DNA from: Phoronis australis
Lineage: Eukaryota > Animalia > Phoronida
Assembly (NCBI GenBank): GCA_002633005.1
Contig: NMRA01000060.1
Location: 890,315 to 954,314, forward strand
Direction: 5' to 3'
DNA: 64,000 nucleotides
Under the pieces are notes generated by a model. It ran no database searches. It was not told the DNA's origin and saw nothing but the letters and a program-made list of their open reading frames with translations. The position numbers and the translations under genes were made by a program. Of this stretch, positions 23,401-34,838 are shown piece by piece (the stretch's first letter is position 1; every line of letters starts with the position of its first letter).

Positions 23401-24607
23401 AGGTGTAATGCTCAATGCTTCAATGCCTCTACCCGTACCGACAAAGCACATGACATTGTAAGTAAGTCAAGAACATTTTCTTGGGTTAGATACTCAAATA
23501 AGATTTAGCGTGGTTAACGGAAATCATGCTGCCTTCAATTTATGTAAAAATAAAGAAATGCAAACATTTAAATGATGCAAATTGTTAACTTATTGGACCG
23601 TTCAACGAAATTGACATAACTCGTTTCTCTTTTCAGGAAGCAGAGAGGTTGACTTCGAGGAAGATGATGTAAGTTGAAACACGTTTGTATCTCGTTGCAA
23701 ATGAATTTTTGTGCCGGCGCTTGTCAATAGTTAAGACTTTCGTTATTAGAGAAGAATGGTGCCCTTATTTGCCGAAATATTCGAGCGCGTATAAAAACTT
23801 ACTAAGTGAGATATTGTAATCTTTTAACTATAACAGGGAACTCATAAAAAGGCCGTCTTTGTTACATGTAAATTGTCTTTTAAGGTGGTTGCTCTGCGCC
23901 GACGTGGTTTGATCAAGGATTTCTTCGGCAAACTGTTCGATACTGCTAAGGATATCGTCAACAAGCTCGTAACTGGTCTCCATGGCAAATTCAAGGAACT
24001 TGGGCAATTCCTTGGTCAACTGTTGAAGGACCACGTGGAGAAGGCGAAACCTCACATGGAAAACATCAAGCAACTGGCAAAGGAGGTGAGCTCTTTGACA
24101 AATTTAGCTCCTGTTAGTTTAACTTTTTTTACTGTCCCAAGTCATGTACGAGTGATTATCGGCGGAAACGCTGCCTTACGCAACGGGAATAGTGGACAGC
24201 GCTTTATTCTCATGAAGCAACTGTCCGCTTTGTCGTCAAGTTGTGGCTAGCGTAAGTGACCTTTTTCCAGCGACATCTTACGGTATATTGTGAAACGTGC
24301 TAGGTGCCAGCTTTGATTAATTCGTCTCGGTTGATTTCGTTTTAAATAAACCCAATTTACAACACTGTTTCTAATAACAACGGCAATTTCAGAAGCATTT
24401 GTGTTATTTCATCTGTACGGCGATAAAGTAACGTCTTTGTTCTAGTTTTTGGGACACGCCAAGGAAGCCACGTTACAGACTCTGGAGGAAGCCAAAGAAT
24501 TCTTCGGCAATTACAAAAACGATCTCGGCGATCTGTGGAAAAAATTGTTGGAAACGATCAACACCGCTGAGAAGACTTTGAAGGCAACCACACCGACTCC
24601 TGCTTAA
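11472..24607 (+). CDS. Secreted tandem-repeat amphipathic-helix polyprotein (~905-910 aa), unknown family
   Basis: In-frame GT-AG exons: 11472-11532 (signal MRLLLFIAFLAIARA-QVFET), 11811-11833, 12143-12223, 12501-12690, 13685-13707, 14225-14305, 14778-14967, 15970-15992, 16461-16541, 17015-17204, 17448-17539, 17760-17949, [exon(s) in N gap], 18702-18891, 19251-19336, 19795-19984, 20772-20857, 21397-21586, 22368-22453, 22987-23176, 23637-23668, 23885-24085, 24446-24607 (TAA). No stops, all phases compatible apart from the gap, AATAAA at 24653. Confidence 0.92.
12100..17245 (+). repeat. Intragenic tandem duplication, repeat units 1-3 (about 2.1-2.3 kb period, introns included)
   Basis: Exons and introns are highly similar, e.g. 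12690-14150 vs 14967-16430 and 14225-15000 vs 16461-17240. Confidence 0.92.
18074..18582. other. Assembly gap (N) inside the polyprotein gene
   Basis: Run of about 509 N. Confidence 0.99.
19220..23235 (+). repeat. Intragenic tandem duplication, repeat units 6-8 (about 1.5-1.6 kb period)
   Basis: 86-nt + 190-nt exon pairs and their introns are repeated three times. Confidence 0.92.
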
Positions 24608-24652
24608 TCAATTAAAATATGATGTTAGATGTACCTAAATACCTTCAAAGTA

Positions 24653-24658
24653 AATAAA
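24653..24658 (+). terminator. Polyadenylation signal of the polyprotein gene
   Basis: AATAAA about 45 nt after the stop codon. Confidence 0.65.
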
Positions 24659-27600
24659 GTTATACACATGTGAAAGTCATCTTTTCATTAACAGCCTCTA
24701 ATAGATTTATGAGGTAACATTCACCATTTTGAGAATTGGGATGGTTTGTTATGACAATCTCTAACGAGAACAAAGCGATCGTGCTAGATTGCGCAAAATA
24801 GCGCGTCATTGAACTCGTATTTACATTCAGCCCACCGTAGCGTATGTTATATTATTGATATCTGGTGGGAGTTATCTTATACTATACCATATGCTACTAC
24901 ATCCGCTAGATATTTTCAGTAGAAACATATTTACAATTACCTTGTAATCTCGGGCCTCAAAACCAATGCCATGCGAGCAGTTTTGCTGCTTCCGTTACTC
25001 GACTTAAAATGTTCCTTCACTGAACTATTTTTTAAGCGAGCTTAAGAAATGTCATCGATTTCCGCAACAGTTGTTGATGAGCCAACTCGCTGTCGAGCTG
25101 GTCTCGCCACCTGGTGACTAAGCTTGGAACCTTACTGGCGTTCAACAACAAAATAGACGCCACTGAATTGATTTGTAAACGAGACTGGATGATGAGGGAC
25201 ATTTCGTCGGTTTCTGTTCCATTGGTGGTGCACTTACGGAACGCAGCACTGATCAGATTTCAAGACTCAAATGTAGCTTATCGTGAGCGTCGCAGTAAAC
25301 ATTGGAACACTGTAAAGTTAGCAAAAAAATCTTTGTATTATGTAATCGAGATAACTGTTGCCAGGTGAACACGCCACCTATGTTTTAAAAAAGAGAAGGC
25401 ACGTGCGGCCGTGGGCACCTGTTTTCGAAGACAAGTTGTCCAGACAGTGTAATAGAAGGAATTTCAGATGAAGGTGGCACCGGAAGGATGAGTGTGCAAT
25501 TCGCAACACGAACCTTAGACTGTTTCAGCAAACTCAAGTGCAAAAGCGTGCAGGGATGAAATCATTCGAGTTACGACATGTACTCACGGAAAATGTCAGA
25601 CGTGACTATGTTCTGTGTGGACATTTTTTGACGAAGTACCGCTATGTGATACCACAAGCAAAGCCATCTAGTGGAACACCTCGGATGTTTTCGTACATGT
25701 AGCCTCAAATTTCCCCTCGTGCATCGGTCGTACGACTGAAGTTAGCATATGCTAAGATAACATTCACCTACAAGAGGAAATTTGAGGCTAAGGAAATACG
25801 CAGGTGTTAGATAGAAGCGTAAAAAGTGACTTCAAAAGGTTTGACTGGTGAGCATCCTGCGTTGGAACGGCCACGTGATCTGCTGAGGTGCTTGATTTTT
25901 AATACGTACTTTGTACAATAAAAACGACGAAAAAGAAAACACCGGAAATTCTTATCTACACACCCACACACACAATTTTACTCTTGTTGATACTAATATA
26001 AGTTGTTACAGCAATATTTATAGATATTCCAACTATAAGTGATATGAATAAAACGTACCAGCTTCTGGTTTATATGATGATGAAATTGCCACCTTTGTGA
26101 GACCGTGGTAATATTTTTATATTTGCAAAAAATAGCCATAACTGCTTGACATCCCTTGAAATGTTTTAATCAACCGTAGCATTTATATGAAATTGATCGC
26201 AAATCTGCATTCTTGAAATGTTGCTTCATAGCTTGAGAGTTCGTAAACCCGTGTTCATGTACACATAAATAACAATCAAGAAACAATAACAGTATAAATT
26301 CATCGTGTTCGTTCATCGTCTAAGTGGCGCTTAATGAAATGTCTTGATTTTAATGACATATTTCCCAGTCTTCGCAGGTGGTCAAGACAAAAATAACCTC
26401 CAAACTTCGGGAAAGATTCCCTATGTAATGTAATCAAGCAACAAAGTCTTTTGACGAAATAACACTCATTTTACTTTTAAACTTGGTCTACTTAATCATT
26501 TACGCTGGCGTAACGTCAACCCGAAAAAAGCAATTTATAATAATTAAGTACTATACTATGTGCCATCACCCGCTAGGCGGAGCCTGGCGCGGGAGGGTAC
26601 TAAAGAGATAAATACAAATATAGGTGATTTATAAACGGTTACCTTCTTTTGAAAGAAATCTATTCAAGCGTGACTAAATGTAGTAATGGACTCTGTTCCA
26701 GACCTCTCAGGTAAGACAATAACACGGATCGAAGTTTTTTCGAGAGATTTCTCGCCCTTTGACGGTTAGTACAAACCCACCTATGCAACCACAACATTAG
26801 TTTATGTAATTCCAATTTTCGCCAGAACCAAAGCCAGAGTTTCCAATTCTTAGGTGATTGAGGGACAGAGATTCTTTTCCAGTGGTCCGGTGTATAAGCT
26901 TCAATCACGATGTACCTGTATATCTGAGCATATTTTGTAACCTATCCAGCGTTCATTCTTGAACATCCGGAGTTCGATCGCCTCACGGGGACAGAACGAA
27001 CTTGTGCAAAATTCATAGCAAATCCTTGGACACTATAGTATAGTCTCAATTTCATCAATCGAATGTTTCAAACGTGAGTGGATAAGTGCACCTGAGTGGT
27101 CTCTTATTTAAGCAGTTGACAGCGGTAACCAAGGCAGTGTTTCTTATCTATCCATGGTACCTCAGTGCACCATGGGTACCTCCAAATACTTCGCACATGG
27201 AGCCTGCAGACTCGTCACAGTCGCTGCTATGGTGTAGGTCTACGTCCCTAGCAGCTGAGGTCGACTTGTAGCTTTAGGCAAGAACTCACATATGTCAACT
27301 GCATTGCATTTTTTGTATTTGATTACTCTCGTTAAATTCTTGGCTTTTCACTGGTAAAAACATTTATCTGAGCTTGGTTAAAGAGGGGGGGACGTCAAAC
27401 ATCCTGTATTCAATTGTAGTTTTGTCATAGTTATCATATCAATGCCACTTTTTACATCACATGTCTAATAGAAATAAAACGACTTACTTGTTTTAAGTTA
27501 AGACAAGGATACTTTGACGAAACTGGTTAGTTTAATATTTGTTTTCGAGAGATATAGTGTTCGTTTTTCATACACCTTACATGATTATCTCAAAATGCAA

Positions 27601-27659
27601 AGTGAATTCTGTTATCGATGTAGATTTTTATGCTTTGTGACGTGTGAAAAAACATCACC

Positions 27660-28452
27660 ATTCCTTTACTAAATGTTTAATTGAACGGAGGACGTAGAAG
27701 ATTTTCTCGATCAATAGTGACTTAAAATTTCATACACAAAACATTTCATTTTAATTTGCCATAAATATTTTTAAATATTTATTGTAAGCTTGGATGCTGT
27801 AAATGCAGTTTCGAAAAGCATCATCTTTAACTGTAGACGATTTCGAATTTCGCGAATTTGGGGAAAGAACAGCTGAGTGTTTCACATTCGCTTACGAGGT
27901 ACAGATTTACGTTTGTTAACAACCAAATTTATCCTTTATTTTAAGATTACATTGTCCTGATTCACCCAACCGTGATATTTACTCATACATGTATATGTTT
28001 TTAAATAATTGAATTGGTTGATCAGCTTAGGTTTAAATCCCAGGTGGCTTATCTGNATTCCTTTACTAAATGTTTAATTGAACGGAGGACGTAGAAGATT
28101 TTCTCGATCAATAGTGACTTAAAATTTCATACACAAAACATTTCATTTTAATTTACCGTAAATATTTTTAAATATTTATTGTAAGCTTGGATGCTGTAAA
28201 TGCAGTTTCGAAAAGCATCATCTTTAACTGTAGACGATTTCGAATTTCGCGAATTTGGGGAAAGAACAGCTGAGTGTTTCACATTCGCTTACGAGGTACA
28301 GATTTACGTTTGTTAACAACCAAATTTATCCTTTATTTTAAGATTACATTGTCCTGATTCACCCAACCGTGATATTTACTCATACATGTATATGTTTTTA
28401 AATAATTGAATTGGTTGATCAGCTTAGGTTTAAATCCCAGGTGGCTTATCTG
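27660..28452. repeat. 396-bp direct duplication around a single N (probable unmerged contig overlap)
   Basis: 27660-28055 and 28057-28452 are identical apart from about 2 substitutions. N at 28056. Confidence 0.9.
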
Positions 28453-29365
28453 TTGTGTTAGCAATAACTAATGTTTCAATAAATTAACCATTCACAAATT
28501 ATCTTCATTTCACAGAGTACGAAAAAGACAATGCATGTAGTTTAGGTTTGGCACTCCATGAGAAGCGAACAAGAAAAAGTTTAAAAACGAATAACATGCT
28601 CGTGATACAATCGTAATATATTGGACACAGGATAGGTAACATATTTTGCTAATGTTCATTAAAATCCATTTTGATCGGCCTGACCTAAATATAAAGCGGC
28701 CATATACCCGCCTACGGTCACAGAAAATAGTTGATTTAGAACACTTGCCGTTATGAAAATTAATCTGAAATTGTTCCTTAGTTAAAATAGATGCGATTCA
28801 TGGGCTTGGAAAAAGCTGCCAGTTCAACATTGCTTGAATCTACTTTTCTCTATGTGATCGAAATCGAAATTAAACTCGAAATTGTTTTTGACATTGTTGT
28901 TCTACGTCTGTTGTTCTGTGCTCGAGTGCATTATGGTTTGTGTATATTATTGTCTAGTTCTGGCTCAGTTACGATGACCTCTACTTAGATTCGTGCTATA
29001 AACGCGAGTTTAAACTCGTGATTTCGAGTAAAATCTTGAAATATTTTCTATAATGTTGGGATTATCAAGTAGAAACTAAGATTAAACAGTTATTCACGTA
29101 AATCGTTAGGTACCCGAGAACTAGATAATAGACAATTATCCAATTGTACACTAGAAACTGTCAAAACTAATTTCGTGTTCCACTACGAATATAAAGATCA
29201 GAGCCCGGGCGGGCTAAGGCTACACAAGCTGACTTGTCACGATGGGTCATTTTATACACTGAGACTAGTCTCAAGCAAAAACGAACTGGCATTTTTCTGC
29301 AAGACGAAAATCACAAACAAGCTGAGACCAGATGTGGAGCGGTAAGTGTCTAAATCATGATTTAA

Positions 29366-29908
29366 AGGCGAAGGCAACCATGTCATTTTGAGCTAAAATA
29401 AGGTTGATTGCTTATCCTAGACATATTTTCCACTTAATTACAGCTTTTCGTAATTTTATTAATTACTCGTCCGCTACTCCGGAAGTGACGTTTTAGGAGG
29501 CAAGCATTTCGCGCCAATTTCTTTTCATACAGTGTGACTGTGAGAGCTGTCGAGTCAGTCATTGTTCTACCTCGGTTGTGTTAAGTTCCGTCGTCATTTG
29601 CTTTCATTTACTAGTCAGTCAACATGCCACACTATTGCTGCGTACCAGCATGTACTTATTCTCGGCTCACGCGCGCTTTGGGAATACCTTTGCATCGCTT
29701 TCCGATGGATGACATACAGATTCGCACGGTAAAGTCAACGCAAAACCAAGTGGCGGGAAACGCTTGCCTCCTAAAACATCACTTCTGGAGTTGCGGACGA
29801 GTAATTTATAAAATTACGAAAAGCTGTAATTAAGTGGAAAATATGTCTAGGATAACCAACCAACCTTATTTTAGCTCAAAATGACATGGAAAAAGGTTGC
29901 CTTCGCCT
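29366..29908 (+). mobile_element. Kolobok-type non-autonomous element with THAP-domain remnant
   Basis: TTAA TSDs, about 120-bp TIRs (AGGCGAAGGCAACC...GGTTGCCTTCGCCT), and internal ORF 29624 MPHYCCVPAC...LHRFP matching a THAP zinc-finger N-terminus. Confidence 0.85.
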
Positions 29909-31616
29909 TTAAGTTTCTGTCAACGGAACGTAGGTTCATAGCCGCTTTAACTGTTCATGCAGTATCCGTTGCGCAGCTCAGTGACTGACTGAATGACTGA
30001 CGGAAGACACAGTTTCCTAAAAAACAAACGCTGTTGATTTCAATGCTTTACAAGCAACAAGATACTTTGAACATTAGCTGTAAAACTGCGGAATGTATCA
30101 GACGTTTTTAAATGAAAATTCTGGTCTCTTCTCATTAGTTTGTTTATTGGTAAACAGAAAAAAAACACAAAACAAGAAATACAAACATCTTGTAAGACAC
30201 CTTGCGTGTTGAAATCGCCAGCTGAGAATTTACATTGTACCAACGAACCAAACGCAAGTTCACAAAACATAAATTGCAAGAGCAACAAAGCTCACAAACT
30301 TTGAAATTCGCAATGGCACGTGTTATATTATTTAACATAGCGGCATCTCAAGGATAAGAAATAATTCAGCAGAAAGACCTAAGCTTACATACATCACCTG
30401 AAAAAAGCGGTTCCTATAAAAAGAACATTTAGTGCGCTCAAACCTTACCCCATCGAAATTAACAATGACCGCTGACTGTATTTGTCTTCAACCGGTTACA
30501 GTTGACCAGCCGGGCACAGATGGCCAGCTTAAAACCTTACACACCCGCTGGCTTACTGCCCTTGTACTTTCCGTGTCGTGCCAACTGATATACAAACTTG
30601 TTGAAACCGCTACTAATACTCTATTTATTCAGTAACCTTGGTGTCTTTCATGCCAATGTGTTCCCATGTCAACGGCGTACGGGATGGATTGTCTGGGTAA
30701 ATGATTGTATCTCAGCAACGACAACATTGGATTGTTGCTATCTCAATACTTGGTGTCCTTAAAATAACCCTATCACTTATTACACAGTCAGTTAATTTTA
30801 ATAAGTCTATTTTAACGTTCTGTGTCCGCTCTGTTATATAAAGCAAATGATAAGTGCAAAACACTTAATTTCTAAATTTAGAAAAATTATCAGCACCGTA
30901 ATGTGTTACTTGTTCTCTATTTATTAACTACTGTAATAATAGCGCACTGATATGAAAACGAGTTCGAAGGTTACCATTTATGTTTTTGATAAAAATGAAA
31001 CGAGCATGAACTAAATGATGTTGAACACAACGTCATCATTATGTCCATGAATAACCCTTAACAACACACGAGTGTTATTCACCATTATGTCTCATTTTCC
31101 GAATAAGCATGTGCACCTTATTTACCGGTGAGTTGAGGTGTTAGAATATTGAGTAATTTTTTAGGAGTTAATTGAGGATGAAGTTTGGGTTTCGGTTATG
31201 TTCGGGATTTAAACTTTATTCGGACCATTTGGCTCAACGGCATGCTCCCGAAAGCAGCAATCCATCGGTTAATCAAAATACATGTATGAGCGCCCACTAA
31301 CCTCGGGTTTGGATGTAAAACCGCCCATTAATCACGCATTTAGTTCGTCGCTATGTTTATGTCGAACCAGGCTATTGTAACGTGCCTTCGAAGACCGTCA
31401 TTTGACCAGGTGTGATGAAATATCTGAAGTTAATACGACCATACGTATGCAAGTTTAGAAATCATTTTGTTTGATGAGGATTACCAGCTTGCAGTGACCA
31501 TCTTATGCTAAAATGGTTGGGACGAGACTGCTGAATAAACCCAAGAGCCTAATATGTCGTAAGTTGATTATTGTTCTCCTTTTACGTAAGAATGTTTGTT
31601 TAGGCCTATATATGTT

Positions 31617-31713
31617 TTATGTGATATTGTCTACATATCCTATAATGCATTTATGTGATATTGCCTACATATCCTATCATGCATTTATGTGATATTGTCT
31701 AAATATCCTATAA
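31617..31713. repeat. Short tandem repeat, about 35-bp unit x3
   Basis: TTATGTGATATTGTCTACATATCCTATAATGCAT repeated. Confidence 0.85.
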
Positions 31714-32397
31714 TTCATGCATAGATAGAGCAGTTCAGAAATAATGAAAATTTCATTGCAGGTCGTACCATAAGCTCAACTGAATCATGTGCCACGATGC
31801 CTTTTACCAAAACTTAAATATGTTAATTGGGTCAACAGATCGTGGCCTGATTTTCAATCAAATTAGGATCTAACTCACTCATGGCACTTACAACTTCAAC
31901 GTCTTCTTTTCGCTCATTCATGTTGCAGTCGCTTTGCTCTAGAACGAATTAATTACATTCTTACAATACTTACGAAATTATGAGCGGACTAAATGGCTTA
32001 GAACAGGTCACGTGTTCTGATGAGATGTACCGAGGTATTTCAGCTTCATGATACTGAGTCATGAATGGTGATAAATAAAAAGAATTGAAATTTGTAACAA
32101 ATGTGTATTTCCAGGTAATGGTGCCGTATTTTTAATTAACAAACTTGTCTAGCAGTTTGCCGGTGTGTGTTCCACTGTAAATTACATAGGGTGAAGGGTC
32201 AACATAAGCTTAGATCAAGCGAAACAGGTTTATGGAGAAATATGTCCGGTATCGGTGAGGGCTAAAAACTACTTTCAGTTTACAATGTGTGGCAGCTTAC
32301 TTGCAATAAGAATTCGTCGACTGTTGCTTCCATAATGATTTCAACTTGTGCATGTGCATATGAGCCATTACTTCGTGCGTGTGAAGTATGGGAAGTG

Positions 32398-34148
32398 TTT
32401 TTATGCGCCCACATATTTATATGTGGACGCATTATGACGTCATCTCGGTCCGTCCGTCCGTACGGGCGTCCGGAGCCCGGCGTCTGGCGTCCGGGGTCGG
32501 CTGCTCTATCTCCAAAACCCTTTGACATATGTTCATGAAGTTTGGCACATATGTTTCATTCATGAATGGGACGGTATGTGCGAACTTTAGGACGGATCCG
32601 ACTACCGGTGTGCCCCCTAGTGGCAATTTTAGTTTTTACGCTTACCTTTGTATCTTCAAAAGACCTGAACGGATTTTCATGAAATTTGGTATGTAGGCAC
32701 CTATTAGTGAGATGACGCTATCCTTCCGTTTTCAGATGGATTCGACATAGTTTGCGCCACCTAGTTGCATTTTTAGTGTTTTCGAGTCTGTTTTTGTGCG
32801 TCCACCCCTCTATCAACCAAACCGCTCAAAGGATGATTGTGAAAATTGGAATGTATATGCTTACTATGTAGAGGACGGTTGACGATGATTTTCCGACGAT
32901 TTCGACTACTGTGGCGCCTCCTAGTGGCAGTTTTTTTTTTTCGCCTATGGCTGTATCTCCTAAGCCGTTCGCAGGATCTTTACGAAATTGTGTAAGTATA
33001 TTTATATGATGTTAACAACGGAACATGAGTCTTTATTTTTGCCTCCACCCCTCTATCAACCAAACAGCTCAAAGGATGATTGTAAAAATTGGCATGTATG
33101 TGCTTACTATAAAGAAGACAGCTGACAATGATTTTCAGATGATTTGGACTACTGTGGCGCCTCCTAATGGCAGTTTTTGCGCCTATGGCTGTATCTCTTA
33201 AACCGTTCGCAGGATCTTTACGAAATTTAATAAGTGTTTTTGTATGATATTATCAACAGACGATGACGACTTTTGGACGGATCCGCATACCAGTGTGCCC
33301 CCTAGTGGCAATTTTATTTTTTTACGTTTACCTCTGTATCTTCACAAGTCCTTAACGAATTTTCATGAAATTTGGTATGTAGGCACCTATTAGAGTGATG
33401 ACGCTATCCTCCCGTTTTCGGATGGATTTGACCTAGTTTGCGACACCCAGTGACCATTTTTATTGTTTTTGAGTCTGTTTTTTGGCGTCCACCCCTCTAT
33501 CAACCAAACCGCTCTAAGTAAGATTGTGAAAACTGGCATGTATGTTCTTACTATGAAGAGGACGGTTGACGCTGAATTTCCCTTGACTTTGATTACTGTG
33601 GCGCCTCCTAGTGGCAGTTTTTTGCGCCCATGGCTGTATCTCCCAAACCGTTTGCAGAATCTTTACTAAATTTAGCAAGTGTATTTATGTGATGTTGACA
33701 ACGGACGATGATGACTTTAGGATGATTCTGACTACCGGTATGCCTCTAGTGGCAATTTAAGTATTTTACATTGACCTCTGTATTTTCATAGGTCTTCAGG
33801 TGTATACTTTGTGTTACTTCGTGACTATGAATGAAAAGTTTCAAGTAGAAATTTGTTTCTGGCATTCTAATGCTGTTCTAATCTCGTATGTTGGTAAATT
33901 TGTTTTTAATTCTATGTTTCTGTGGTGCTTTAAGCAACTGATGTATAGGATGTGCTTGTATTATGAAGATCACTCACATTTTGCCCCTTAGCCTATTGAG
34001 GAGACAATGACCATGCCTTTTTGCAAAGTACAACATAGTACATATATGCTGTACTGGCCACTTTATGGTACCAATAAACAACCATAGAAGGATATCGTAT
34101 ACGGTGCAATTGTGGGCGCATTTCAACGCTCTGCGTTGCTGTTGTTTT
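32398..34148 (+). mobile_element. Helentron/DINE-1-like non-autonomous element with internal tandem repeats
   Basis: T-rich flanks, 5' subterminal ATGCGCCCAC with a local hairpin, a (TCCG)n-like microsatellite, internal repeats, 3' subterminal GTGGGCGCAT and 3' stem-loop CAACGC-TCT-GCGTTG. Confidence 0.8.
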
Positions 34149-34310
34149 TTTCTTCTTGCCGCAAGTCCTTTGGAAAGTATTTAAATATACATGTACATGT
34201 AGGCGTTATACAACAGATATGAAATTCTATTCCGGAGGAATATAAATGTAACTAGGTCTGCCCAACGTCAGACTATCTGTGCCGTGAGGGGTCACTGTAT
34301 GTCTCCTTAA

Positions 34311-34532
34311 AGAGTTCCCACTATGCATTTTCTTAATTTTACAGATTTCAGTTAGCTAAATTGAAATGTATATCATGAAATCTAACTAAATAAGCACTTT
34401 TTATGCCAAATAGTCGCGAACTTTTTAACTTTAAAGAAAATCGTTTGGTCACTTGACAATCAGGCGATTAAATCTCTTATAAGTTGTATTAATAAATTTC
34501 CGTTTGAGGCACATGGTCATAGTGGGAAGTCT
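34311..34532. mobile_element. TTAA-flanked MITE
   Basis: TTAA|AGAGTTCCCACTATG...CATAGTGGGAAGTCT|TTAA. Confidence 0.8.
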
Positions 34533-34838
34533 TTAACAAAGAAGTGGTTAACTGTGAATTATTCCTAATTAAAATGGAAATCTAATCCAAGTTTGTATAG
34601 TTTGTAGTCCAGATAACAATTCGCAATAAGTGTCAACAATTCACTTACAAATTCTTTACCATTGTTGCTTCAATTAAAAAAGAATGTGAAATAGGAAACA
34701 CTCTCTAGCTCTGTCAGACTTTGAAGGAGGGGGCAGGGTAGCTCCAAATGCGTCTGGTGGAAATAAATGAGCAATCGCCTCTTCGTTTCTTCTGAGTCTA
34801 TTACTCACGTTACTTGTTATGCGTTGGACAGCAAGAAC

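Noticed and set aside
12384-24073. Minus-strand ORFs overlapping the repeat exons (e.g. 12384-12737, 16958-17233, 23828-24073)
   Set aside because: Antisense shadows of + strand coding exons with no splice or domain support.
26640-27070. Coding-like minus-strand stretch
   Set aside because: Multiple stops and no identifiable motif; possibly an old transposon remnant but unsupported.
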